Source of the DNA: Macrostomum lignano
Taxonomy: Eukaryota
Direction: 5' to 3'
Assembly: GCA_002269645.1 (NCBI GenBank)
Contig: NIVC01000302.1
Coordinates: 564,303-628,302, forward strand
DNA: 64,000 nucleotides
In this document: piece after piece, positions 1 to 12,777 of the stretch
How the letters are laid out: each line of letters starts with the position of its first letter
Numbering within the stretch: the stretch's first letter is position 1
Position numbers and translations under genes: made by a program
The notes under the pieces: model-generated
The model's database searches: none
Seen by the model: the letters and a program-made list of their open reading frames with translations, nothing else
What the model was told of the DNA's origin: nothing

Positions 1-1085
1 GAGATAAGGGGGCACAGATAAAACCGATTGACAAGAGATAAGGGGACACAGATAAAAGCGGCTGACCAGAGATAAGGGGGCACAGATAAAAGTGGCTGAC
101 CAGAGATAAGGGGGCACAGATAAAACCGATTGACAAGAGATAAGGGGGCACAGATAAAAGTGGCTGACCAGAGATAAGGGGGCACAGATAAAACCGATTG
201 ACAAGAGATAAGGGGGCACAGATAAAAGCGGCTGACCAGAGATAAGGGGGGCACAGATAAAACCGATTGACAAGAGATAAGGGGGCACAGATAAAACCGA
301 TTGACAAGAGATAAGGGGGCACAGATAAAAGTGGCTGACCAGAGATAAGGGGGCACAGATAAAACCGATTGACAAGAGATAAGGGGGCACAGATAAAAGC
401 GGCTGACCAGAGATAAGGGGGCACAGATAAAAGCGGCTGACCAGAGATAAGGGGGCACAGATAAAAGCGGCTGACCAGAGATAAGGGGGCACAGATAAAA
501 CCGATTGACAAGAGATAAGGGGACACAGATAAAAGCGGCTGACCAGAGATAAGGGGGCACAGATAAAAGCGGCTGACCAGAGATAAGGGGGGCACAGATA
601 AAACCGATTGACAAGAGATAAGGGGGCACAGATAAAAGCGGCTGACCAGAGATAAAGGGGCACAGATAAAAGCGGCTGACCAGAGATAAGGGGGCACAGA
701 TAAAAGCGATTGACAAGAGATAAGGGGGGCACAGATAAAACCGATTGACAAGAGATAAGGGGCACAGATAAAAGCGGCTGACCAGAGATAAGGGGGCACA
801 GATAAAAGTGGGTGACCAGAGATAAGGGGGCACAGATAAAAGCGATTGACAAGAGATAAGGGGCACAGATAAAAGCGATTGACAAGAGATAAGGGGCACA
901 GATAAAAGCGATTGACAAGAGATAAGGGGGCACAGATAAAAGCGATTGACAAGAGATAAGGGGGCACAGATAAAAGCGATTGACAAGAGATAAGGGGGCA
1001 CAGATAAAAGCGATTGACAAGAGATAAGGGGGCACAGATAAAAGCGAGTGACCAGAGATAAGGGGGCACAGATAAAAGCGAGTGA
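1..1085. repeat. ~34-bp minisatellite GAGATAAGGGGGCACAGATAAAAGCGGCTGACCA
   Basis: About 32 copies with two alternating variants; runs off the window start. Confidence 0.95.
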
Positions 1086-1308
1086 CAAGGGAGCTGAGGG
1101 CATTAGAGCTATTTGAATTTGGAGGGCTACAGGTAGATGTGACGCGAATACTTTGAGTGGGGACAGAAATCCAATAATTAACCATCGCTGGCTAGCAGAA
1201 AAAATATCAATTATCATACCTGGGTTCCCCATACTCAGACTGGGAATCTTTCCTCACAAATATTTTTCAAATTGCCTTCCAGAAGCGGCCACCTGGAACC
1301 GCCCGGAG

Positions 1309-1848
1309 TCACAGCGCGGTGATCTGGCAGGCCGGGCCCTGTCCGCTGATGTCACAGTTGTCCAACAGCAGACGCTGCGCCGCCCGTCCGGACACGTCCG
1401 AGTCCGAGTCCGAGTTCCGCTTGCGACTGGCGCCGCCGCCCACGGCTGACACGGCCGTAGCGGCTCGCTCCATCTCGGCCTCATCGGAGCGTCCGGGCTG
1501 CTGCTGCGGCTGCTGCTGCCTGCGGCCGCCAGCTTTGGCTCCGCGCTGCTGGCAGAAAGTCGGGAACTGCTTGGCTATGGCGGCCCTGAACGAGCCGCTC
1601 AGCATGGAGTACACGATGGGGTTCACGCAGCAGGAGGCATAGTGCAGAGCGGTGGCGCAGATCTTCACCACCAGCATGGCGTTGCTGAATGGGAAAGTGT
1701 GCCGGAGCACGTGGTACCAGAAATTGATCAGCTCGGTGGGGAACCAGCAGATGCCGTATAGTGACGTCACCACCATCACCATCTTCGTCACTTTGGTGCG
1801 CTGACGGCGCTTGTTCTCGCGGCGCTTGTCCGAGCTGGCCTTGGAGTC
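1309..1848 (-). CDS. GPCR exon 4 (ICL3, TM6, TM7, C-tail with polyQ)
   Basis: ATCCCAG|DSKASSDKRRENKRRQRTKVTKMV...CWFP...NPIVY...stop. Confidence 0.9.
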   Translation of the reverse strand, partial: DSKASSDKRRENKRRQRTKVTKMVMVVTSLYGICWFPTELINFWYHVLRHTFPFSNAMLVVKICATALHYASCCVNPIVYSMLSGSFRAAIAKQFPTFCQQRGAKAGGRRQQQPQQQPGRSDEAEMERAATAVSAVGGGASRKRNSDSDSDVSGRAAQRLLLDNCDISGQGPACQITAL

Positions 1849-4800
1849 CTGGGATTGGGGAAAAGTGGATTGCTAGTCTATGCTCTGGGATTGGGGAAAA
1901 GTGGATTGCTAGTCTGTGCTCTGGGATTGGGGAAAAGTGGATTGCTAGTCTGTGCTCTGGGATTGGAGAAAAGTGGATTGCTAGTCTGTGCTCTGGGATT
2001 GGAGAAAAGTGGATTGCTAGTATGTGCTCTGGGATGGGGGAAAATTGGATTGCTAGTATGTGCTCTGGGATTGGAGAAAAGTGGATTGCTAGTATGTGCT
2101 CTGGGATGGGGGAAAATTGGATTGCTAGTATGTGCTCTAGGATTGGGGAAAAGTGGATTGCTAGTATGTGCTCTGGGATTGGGGAAAATTGGATTGCTAG
2201 TATGTGCTCTGGGATTGGGGAAAATTGGATTGCTAGTATGTGCTCTGGGATTGGGGAAAATTGGATTGCTAGTCTGTGCTCTGGGATTGGGGAAAATTGG
2301 ATTGCTAGTCTGTGCTCTGGGATTGGGGAAAATTGGATTGCTAGTCTGTGCTCTGGGATGGGGAAAAGTGGATTGCTAGTCTGTGCTCTGGGATTGGGGA
2401 AAATTGGATTGCTAGTCTGTGCTCTGGGATCGAGGAGCAGATTGAAATAGTATATTATTTAAATCGCTACCATGCATTGTTAGCCAAGCACGTAAATGGA
2501 CTAATATAAAAAGTCTGTGCAAAACGCATCTCTAACCCTTACTGAGCAGTTTTTCAGAAACGCTTAATCTCTCGTCTATATTTGTTGAACTCATCCCAGC
2601 CTAAAGCCACTTTTTAGGCCTTTCGGTCTGGGTAAAAGACCCCCTCCTCAAATATACAGAATCTCTACCATTTGTCTCCCGGGCCGATCTTCCCCTCATT
2701 TCCCTTGATGAGCTAAAAAATATCCCACAATTCAATCCACTTCCATCATTTTCCCCAGCCATCCCAAATACGGTTGGCCATAAAAATAGGGTTTTATTGC
2801 TTAGCCAGCCATTGCGGCTTCCGTCTCCTGGAAGTTGCAGATGAAGATCTTGCTCGCCTACAGAATCCTCTTCCCCTTCTCCTAAGCGGATGCAAAACAT
2901 TTCTTGAGCACTTGGGATTTGGGAGTCAGAACAGCTGTTTTATTCAAATCCCATCTCTAAACACTGGCTCCGGGTCGTTCCTCTCGAGGCGATTTGTGAA
3001 TTTTTTGTGAATGGTTTGTGAATGTTTTGTGAATGGTTTGTGAATGGTTTTTGAATGGTTTGTGAATTGTTTGTGAATGGTTTGTGAATGGTTTGTGAAT
3101 GGTTTGTGAAGGGTTTGTGAATGGTTTGTGAATGGTTTGTGAATGGCTTGTGAATGGTTTGTGAGTGGTTTGTGAATGGCTTGTGAATGGTTTGTGAATG
3201 GTTTGTGAGTGGTTTGTGAATGGTTTGTGAGTGGTTTGTGAATGGTTTGTGAATTGTATGTGAATGATTCGTGAATGAGCAGTGCTCTGCATGCACTAGT
3301 AAGCACAGATAAAGTGCAATGCAATACTTCACAGAGGGAACTGGAATTCTCTAACTGTTTTTTAAACCTAATTGAATTTGAGACACTGGCTGACCAGGTG
3401 AAATCACAAGTGTTTAACCGGATTAGTTGAAATTAGCCAATAATGTCTCTCTGTAACAGTCCGTCTGTCCGTTTGTCCGTCTGTCTGTCTACTCAGTTAT
3501 CCCCAAGTCACTGACTGACAGCTCGAAAGTGACGGAGGCCCTTATGAGTCAATCTCATAAGCAATCGGCTCAGCTACTCTCCTCTATTATATTACCAACT
3601 CCCTCGTCGCCTGCTGCTTCTCTCACCTCTCTTCCTGTCTGCTTTCTTTAGCGTTTCTTTCGCCACTTCTCTCTTTCCTTCTCCTGCTGCTTGGCACCCA
3701 GTGTTTCCTGCACAGCTTTTTTCGCTGGCTTGGTGAGACTGGGACTGAGTACAGAGTTGCGAAATAGTGATAAGGAGGCCAAGTAATCAGATTGCTGTTC
3801 ACTAATTTGCATTTTTATGGCTTTGAAACAGTAGGGAAAGAGATGGCGGAGACAGTATTGTGAAGCAGGAACTGCAGAGGCTGTCCCCAGGTTTATTTAG
3901 ACTAAATAAATAATGCTTTAAAAGATGACAAATTTCAATCAGAAGAATGAAAATAAAGCATCAATTTGCGGCATTCAATCAGACAAAATATAATTTATTA
4001 ATTGCTAGTTTAAGTGAGGCAGTTTTTGGTGGGAACACATTTGAAAAATCTATATATTTGTTGACAAGCTAAAATTTAATATTTTAAAGAGCCCGTTATC
4101 CATAATTTATGTGGCTTGGTGGGGAATGAGAATTGCTAGACAGTCAAATAAATTGATTATCTGATTGAAATTAACTGAGAAAGCCAGCCCCAAAGTGACT
4201 GAGTGGGGAGGCCAGCCTCCAAAGTGACTGAGGGGGAGGGTAGACCAGCCCCAAAGTGACTGAGGGGGAGGGTAGACCAGCCCCAAAGTGAGTGAGGGGG
4301 GAGCCAGCCCCAAAGTGAGTGAGGGGGGAGGGGAGGCCAGCCCCAAAGTGACTGAGGGGGAGGGGAGGCCAGCCCCAAAGTGACTGAGGGGGGAGGGGAG
4401 GCCAGCCCCAAAGTGACTGAGGGGGAGGGGAGGCCAGCCCCAAAGTGACTGAGGGGGGAGGGGAGGCCAGCCCCCAAAGTGACTGAGGGGGGAGGCCAGC
4501 CCCAAAGTGACTGAGGGGGGAGGCCAGCCCCAAAGTACTTAGTCAACAGCACCAGTCGCTTCTCACCTCCCGCTTGAGCTTGCGAACAATCAGGCAGTTC
4601 ATGACCACGATGGCGAAGAACGGCAGCACGTAGGAGAACAGTAGGATCGCCACGGAGTAGGCCACTCGCTGGGACTCCGTGTACGAGTCCTGGCACACGT
4701 AGTAACCGTCCGGGGACAGGGACACCTTGAACACCAGCGGGTTCGGGATGCTGACGATGGCGCCAACTGCAAACGATGAAGCCGATGATGCATGTTGGTG

Positions 4801-7800
4801 CTCAGTAATGGAACTGGGAGACCTGACATCAGTTCTGACACTTCTAATGTACAAGTTCTGACGCTACTCCTGACACTAATTCCGGTGCTACTCCTGACAA
4901 TAGTTCTGGGGCTACTCCTGACACTAGTTCCTGGGCTACTCCTGACACTAGTTCTGGGGCTACTCCTGACACTAGTTCTGGTGCTACTGACACTAGTTTT
5001 GGCTCCTGACACTAGTTCTGGGGCTACTCCTGACACTAGTTCTGGTGCTACTGACACTAGTTTTGGCTCCTGACACTAGCTTCTCCTGACACTAAATTTA
5101 CTTCTGGCGCTACTCCTGACACAAATGGAAGTGTGTCTGATACAGTTGACTCAATATCGATAAATTTGTCAATTTGCCTAAAGTCCTAAAATGATAGCAG
5201 ATCATGCAGAAAAACATTTAGCAATCATAAAGCGTGGTGCGCAGTGTTTAGAAAACTCCAATCGACTGTGCAGTCATAAATTATCGTCACAGATATTGCG
5301 CATTTATTGTTTATTATTTACTGTTCCGGCTTAAAAAATAGGGAGCAGGAATTGACTAATTGGAAAATCGAGGCACTTCTGTCGGGGACAAGGCCTGATT
5401 TATGGCATTCGCCCTCCTCCCTATCCGCCTCTCTTTCTTCCCCCAAGTCAGCCACGAGCGATCCAAGGACCACCTCGAATCAGTAACCTGGACTGCTGAC
5501 TCATGCCCGGATCCCCGTGTTAAGCCACTTTAGCTATGTTCTCGTAGACACTTAACTCAGCGACTCCCCCATGGCAACTCAGCGACTCCACCATGGCAAC
5601 TCAGCGACTCCCCCATGCATCTCAGCAACTCCCCCATGGCATCTCAGCAACTCCCCCATGGCATCTCAGCAACTCCCCCATGCATCTCAGCAACTCCCCC
5701 ATGGCATCTCAGCAACTCCCCCATGGCATCCCAGCAACTCCCCCATGGCATCTCAGCAACTCCCCCATGCATCTCAGCAACTCCCCCATGGCATCTCAGC
5801 AACTCCCCCATGGCATCCCAGCAACTCCCCCATGGCATCCCAGCAACTCCCCCATGGCATCTCAGCAACTCCCCCATGGCATCCCAGCAACTCCCCCATG
5901 GCATCCCAGCAACTCCCCCATGGCATCTCAGCAACTCCCCCATGCATCTCAGCAACTCCCCCATGGCATCTCAGCAACTCCCCCATGGCATCCCAGCAAC
6001 TCCCCATTGGCATCCCAGCAACTCCCCCATGGCATCTCAGCAACTCCCCCATGGCATCCCAGCAACTCCCCCATGGCATCCCAGCAACTCCCCATTGGCA
6101 TCCCAGCAACTCCCCCATGGCATCCCAGCAACTCCCTCATGGCATCTCAGCAACTCCCCCATGGCATCTCAGCAACTCCCCCATGGCATCCCAGCAACTC
6201 CCCATTGGCATCCCAGCAACTCCCTCATGGCATCTCAGCAACTCCCCCATGGCATCTCAGCGACTCCCCCATGGCATCCCAGCAACTCCCCCATGGCATC
6301 TCAGCAACTCCCCCATGCATCTCAGCAACTCCCCCATGGCATCTCAGCAACTCCCCCATGGCATCCCAGCAACTCCCCCATGGCATCCCAGCAACTCCCC
6401 CATGGCATCTCAGCAACTCCCCCATGGCATCCCAGCAACTCCCCCATGGCATCCCAGCAACTCCCCCATGGCATCTCAGCAACTCCCCCATGCATCTCAG
6501 CAACTCCCCCATGGCATCTCAGCAACTCCCCCATGGCATCCCAGCAACTCCCCATTGGCATCCCAGCAACTCCCCCATGGCATCTCAGCAACTCCCCCAT
6601 GGCATCCCAGCAACTCCCCCATGGCATCCCAGCAACTCCCCATTGGCATCCCAGCAACTCCCCCATGGCATCCCAGCAACTCCCTCATGGCATCTCAGCA
6701 ACTCCCCCATGGCATCTCAGCAACTCCCCCATGGCATCCCAGCAACTCCCCATTGGCATCCCAGCAACTCCCTCATGGCATCTCAGCAACTCCCCCATGG
6801 CATCTCAGCGACTCCCCCATGGCATCTCAGCAACTCCCTCATGGCATCTCAGCAACTCCCCCATGGCATCTCAGCAACTCCCTCATGGCATCTCAGCAAC
6901 TCCACCATGGCAACTCAGCAACTCCCCCATGGCATCTCAGCAACTCCCCCATGGCATCTCAGCAACTCCCTCATGGCATCTCAGCAACTCCCCCATGGCA
7001 TCCCAGCAACTCCCCCATGGCATCTCAGCAACTCCCCCATGGCATCCCAGCAACTCCCCCATGGCATCTCAGCAACTCCCCCATGGCATCCCAGCAAATC
7101 CCCCATGGCAACTCAGCGACTCCCCCATGCATCTCAGCAACTCCCCCTTGGCATCTCAGCAACTCCCCCCTTGGCATCTCAGCGACTCCCCATTGGCATC
7201 TCAGCAACTCCCCCATGGCATCCCAGCAACTCCCCCATGGCATCTCAGCAACTCCCCCATGGCATCCCAGCAACTCCCCCATGGCATCTCAGCAACTCCC
7301 TCATGGCATCTCAGCGACTCCCCCATGGCATCTCAGCAACTCCCCCATGGCATCCCAGCAAATCCCCCATGGCAACTCAGCGACTCCCCCATGCATCTCA
7401 GCAACTCCCCCATGGCATCTCAGCAACTCCCCCATGGCATCTCAGCAACCCCCATGGAATCTTAGCAACCCCCATCTCAGCAACTCTCCATGGCAACTAC
7501 AAATCTATTTGGCTTTTTAAAATCGCTTTGAGCTTGTTAAAAAAAAGGTGTTGAGTAATATTTTCAGTCCAGATTTTGACTTTGGGTGTCCTTGAGCGCT
7601 GCTAGGACGAGGCGGCACAAAACCTCTGCCTCCCCCCGCCCCCAACCAGCATGGCTCAGTCAATCGGGCGATTTCCTACAGGCCGTGGCTTCGAACTATT
7701 CGATCGCAACCTACGCTGCAGTTGTTGGCTCACTATGCTAATCTCGCCGCCAGAGATAAACTACGATTGATAGACAGATGGGATAAAAGAATATTGCAGA

Positions 7801-10800
7801 GCAACTTTCATAACGCCCACACACTAAGGGCTCAAAGTCTAGTAACCCGCCTCATTGATTTCCAGATAGAGACGAGAGTCAACATAGCCGACTCTGTGTC
7901 GGTTAATAAGCCCGTCTAGCTTTATCTGTCGCTGATTATTCCCAGCTTCTTTCATCTGCATCTTTCAGCTGTAATTAGCTGGTTGCCCCCACCGCCCACC
8001 ACTTGTAAATCCAGTGCTAGTGGGCTTGACAAAGTCTCTGGCTTAACTGCCTCGGCCAGGCAATTAAGCTCCACCTGACGCTAATCTCACTATTGCCCAC
8101 TTTCTCTTTTTGTTTGCCACGCCCTAAATTTCCCCAGCTCGCCTAATCCCCTTTCACTTTGTCCTAGGTTAGCTCAATTCAAACTGGCCAGATTGACAGG
8201 GAGGGGATTGCAACTGAAGTTGAGCTCCGGTATCGATTTCAGTGCAGCTGCAGCCTTCTTGTCAGTCCGGGGGGGGGCGAGTCGGACTTTTCAAGAGAAA
8301 GCTGTAGTGCTATTTTTCTAACATTTTTTCCTGTCAGCAGAGGTCTTTTTGTTTTTTTCAAGTCACTTTCCCCAATATGGCGGCAGGTATAACTTGATTA
8401 TCAACTGCATAAAATGATGTTGGACGGCTAATTGGCAACCAATACAGAGGAAGGGGAAATTAAAATGAGAAGAAGGGGAAAGGAATAGGAAGCGGAAGGG
8501 AAAAGGAAGCGGAAGGGAAAAGGAAGCGGAAGGGAAGAGGAAGCGGAAGGGAAGAGGAAGCGGAAGGGAAAAGGAAGCGGAAGGGAAAAGGAAGCGGAAG
8601 GGAAAAGGAAGCGGAAGGGAAAAGGAAGCGGAAGGGAAAAGGAAGCGGAAGGGAAAAGGAAGCGGAAGGGAAAAGGAAGCGGAAGGGAAAAGGAAGCGGA
8701 AGGGAAAAGGAAGCGGAAGGGAAGAGGAAGCGGAAGGGAAGAGGAAGCGGAAGGGAAAAGGAAGCGGAAGGGAAGAGGAAGCGGAAGGGAAAAGGAAGCG
8801 GAAGGGAAGAGGAAGCGGAAGGGAAGAGGAAGCGGAAGGGAAGAGGAAGCGGAAGGGAAGAGGAAGCGGAAGGGAAGAGGAAGCGGAAGGGAAGAGGAAG
8901 CGGAAGGGAAGAGGAAGCGGAAGGGAAGAGGAAGCGGAAGGGAAGAGGAAGCGGAAGGGAAGAGGAAGCGGAAGGGAAGAGGAAGCGGAAGGGAAGAGGA
9001 AGCGGAAGGGAAGAGGAAGCGGAAGGGAAGAGGAAGCGGAAGGGAAGAGGAAGCGGAAGGGAAGAGGAAGCGGAAGGGAAGAGGAAGCGGAAGGGAAAAG
9101 GAAGCGGAAGGGAAGAGGAAGCGGAAGGGAAGAGGAACAAAGAGAGAGAAGACGAACAATAATGAAAGGGGAAGGAAAGAGAAAAAGAGAGAAACAGGAA
9201 AGGGAGAAAACCCAAGTCAATGCTTTCCAAAATATTCACAGTGGTGACCCCCAGTTGAAAATGTCACAACAAACGAGACCAGAGCTCACAGATCCAAGCC
9301 ACCAGACAGGCGATTTTGGCTCTGGCGGGATTGATTTTCCGGTTCTCCCACGGGTGAACAACGGCCAGGAAGCGGCTGCTCGTGAGGCCCAGCAGCATGG
9401 TGGCGGAGGACACCACCGTCATCTGGAATTGGCGGGCGGCGGTGATTGAAAGAGAATGGGTTGTCCAGAAAACTAATTTTCATGAACTGAGTCAAACTTT
9501 CACAGACTTTCACAAACCTTCACAGACCATCCTGGGACCATCGCAGACTTTCACAGATCTTCATTGATCTTTATCACTGACCTTCACTGACCTTCCCAAA
9601 CCTTCACAGATCCCTCACTCATATACCTTCATAAACATTTACAGACCTTTACAAACTTCACAAACCTTCAGACCACCACATACCTTCAAAGACCTTCTTC
9701 ACAAACCTTCATAAACCTTCCCAAATTTTCACGCCAAAATTCACAGACTTTCTTCATATACCCTAATAAACATTCACAAACCTTCATATACCTTTAAAAA
9801 CTTCACAAACCTTTACAAACCTTCCGATACCTTCACATACCTTCACAAACCACCACATACCTTCACAGACCACCACATACCTTCACAGACCACCACATAC
9901 CTTCACAGACCACCACATACCTTCACAGACCACCACATACCTTCACAGACCACCACATACCTTCACAGAGCACCACATACCTTCACAGACCACCACATAC
10001 CTTCACAGAGCACTACATACCTTCACAGAGCACCACATACCTTCACAGACCACCACATACCTTCACAGAGCACCACATACCTTCACAGAGCACCACATAC
10101 CTTCACAGACCACCACATACCTTCACAGACCACCACATACCTTCACAAACCACCACATACCTTCACAGACCACCACATACCTTCACAGAGCACTACATAC
10201 CTTCACAGAGCACCACATACCTTCACAGACCACCACATACCTTCACAGAGCACCACATACCTTCACAGACCACCACATACCTTCACAGACCACCACACCT
10301 TCACAGACCACCACATACCTTCACAGAGCACCACATACCTTCACAGACCACCACATACCTTCACAGAGCACTACATACCTTCAAAGACCTTCTTCACAAA
10401 CCTTCACACATCCTTACAGACCTTCACAGACTTTCAAAGACCTTCGCAGTGCTGGAGTGACGCCCCATCTAAACCGTGCTATCGAAGCATTAATCTGGAT
10501 CAATGGTCCGAAACTGAATAAGACCGAAATCCCAGCAAAATGCACTCCGAGCAGCCTAATTCTTATCTTATCTCGGCTGGACTGAAAAGTCAGCTCAAAA
10601 CCAAGCTCGGGGTAGCAACGGGAGAAGAGAAAATGAGTCGCACTTCAACTCAACGCGACCACCCGATTGAATATGCTGCTTCTCCTCGGACAGAAAACGG
10701 CAGCGAGAGTTCGATCAGACCTTCGGGCGATAGCGCCTCATCTCAATTTCGAGCTACTAGACCTAGAGAGAAAAGTTGAAGAGTGAGCTTATACAGAACT

Positions 10801-12743
10801 GGGCTATGGGGTTCCAGCTAGAGGCAGAACGTCAATCCAAAATCCGCTTTTTTGCTCTGAATAAGCTAAGGACCGGCTCAAGCGGCCGATGAAAGATGAA
10901 GAACGGACCGAAAGAGACTGCAGCTGGGCCTTGTCACCGGCTGCCCCAGAGATGGTAATAAGTGCTGACAAGCGGGGGCAGCCTCCGCGCAGAGAGTCGG
11001 GGGTGGCCATGGAGGCAGTGTTTCGCGCTACGCATTCCAAAAAAATCATAACCACCTTTATTTCTCATTCTCCCTGTCCCCCGGAGCCAAAGTTGCCCTC
11101 TGTTTTTTCTTGTTTTCTACCCCGCTGAAGACCTGGTAAGCTCACCCGGCAAGCCTCTCTTTAGCCTGCTACTATGCAAGTGCATTCATTCCAGCTTGTC
11201 CGCTTTTAAGCGATTTCTGTTTCCATCTCTGCCTGGGCCAGAGCTACAAATATTTCGATTTATCAATGCCCCACGCGAATTGCTAAGCCGCTCTGAGTCC
11301 TGCAGTCCCTCTCCCGCGTGTGTACCGTAGCTTTTTCTATTTCTAAACTTCACTCTCTGCTACTCTCCCTCACTCTCTGCTACTCTCCCTCACTCTCTGC
11401 TACTCTCCCTCACTCTCTGCTACTCTCCCTCACTCTCTGCTACTCTCCCCCACTCTCTGCTACTCTCCCTCACTCTCTGCTACTCTCCCTCACTCTCTGC
11501 TACTCTCCCCCACTCTCTGCTACTCTCCCCCACTCTCTGCTACTCTCCCTCACTCTCTGCTACTCTCCCCCACTCTCTGCTACTCTCCCTCACTCTCTGC
11601 TACTCTCCCCCACTCTCTGCTACTCTCCCCCACTCTCTGCTACTCTCCCTCACTCTCTGCTACTCTCCCTCACTCTCTGCTACTCTCCCTCACTCTCTGC
11701 TACTCTCCCCACTCTCTGCTACTCTCCCCCACTCTCTGCTACTCTCCCTCACTCTCTGCTACTCTCCCCCACTCTCTGCTACTCTCCCTCACTCTCTGCT
11801 ACTCTCCCCCACTCTCTGCTACTCTCCCCCACTCTCTGCTACTCTCCCCCACTCTCTGCTACTCTCTTTCGGCCGATTGCCTAAAAGTGAGCCTATCCCC
11901 AGCATAAAAGTGAGCTCTTGAATTGGAGTACTCGGTACCCCCGATTCCCAGAAATGGAGACAGAAGCAGCTGAGCAAAGGAGCAGTTGAGAACACAGCAA
12001 GTCAATCAAGACTAGCATTGTACACACAACCAACAATATAGCTTGTTATGCAGTCCAGCCAGGGTTCAGTGGGTTGGACCGCCAGCTCACAAGCGTTGGT
12101 AAAAGTTTAGCACAGGATTACTCGTAGAATAGAATCAAGTTAAGTTTTTTTGCCACATTTGACCAGTCCGCTGGGCTCCTCGGGGGAGCGTTCTGGCATT
12201 AAACTTTCATAGCGACAAGAGCATAGCAAGGCATGTACCGGAGGCTATTGGGGGGGGGGGGCGGAGCTGAGTGTATGCTCACAGACTTGGCTTCCCAGGA
12301 GTTTCCCAAGTTGCAAACCAATTTGGTGATTTAATTCAATTTCTGTGGCCCTCGGAGTGGCGGCAGCGGGTTCGATTCGCTTCTCACACTTTGCAGTCAG
12401 ATTCGGATTTGGTTAGCTCTTCGAATTTACGGTCCAGATAACGCAGAGTCCTGCTTTCTTAGAAACGCATAGTGCCTACTTCCTGGAGTACTTCTTTTGC
12501 ACTTGATTGAATGCATTTTGCTTGTGTATTACAAATAAAAACACGGTAGGCCTTTCATAGAGATCTAGTAGCTCTCTAGAGACGTCTGAGGTTTCTAAGA
12601 AATCAGCAATAGGTTTCTTAGAAACACGCATGAATTCCTTCACATTTCTTAGAAATAAGCAATAGGTTTCTTTGAGACAGAATTTCTTAAATTTTTTTCG
12701 AAATCTATTACAAAAACTATTCTAAAGACAACAAAGAAGTTTT

Positions 12744-12777
<34 letters not shown>

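Noticed and set aside
5571-7554. Three 600+ aa ORFs, and similar repeat-peptide ORFs at 8363-9239, 15235-16083, 16751-17479, 18370-19633, 37246-40571, 48313-51539, 58644-61248 and 61758-63856
   Set aside because: They are translations of tandem repeats lacking stops in several frames at once; the real coding parts are the short flanking exons already assigned.
12368-12380. Isolated Pol III B-box-like GGGTTCGATTC
   Set aside because: No A box or tRNA fold nearby.
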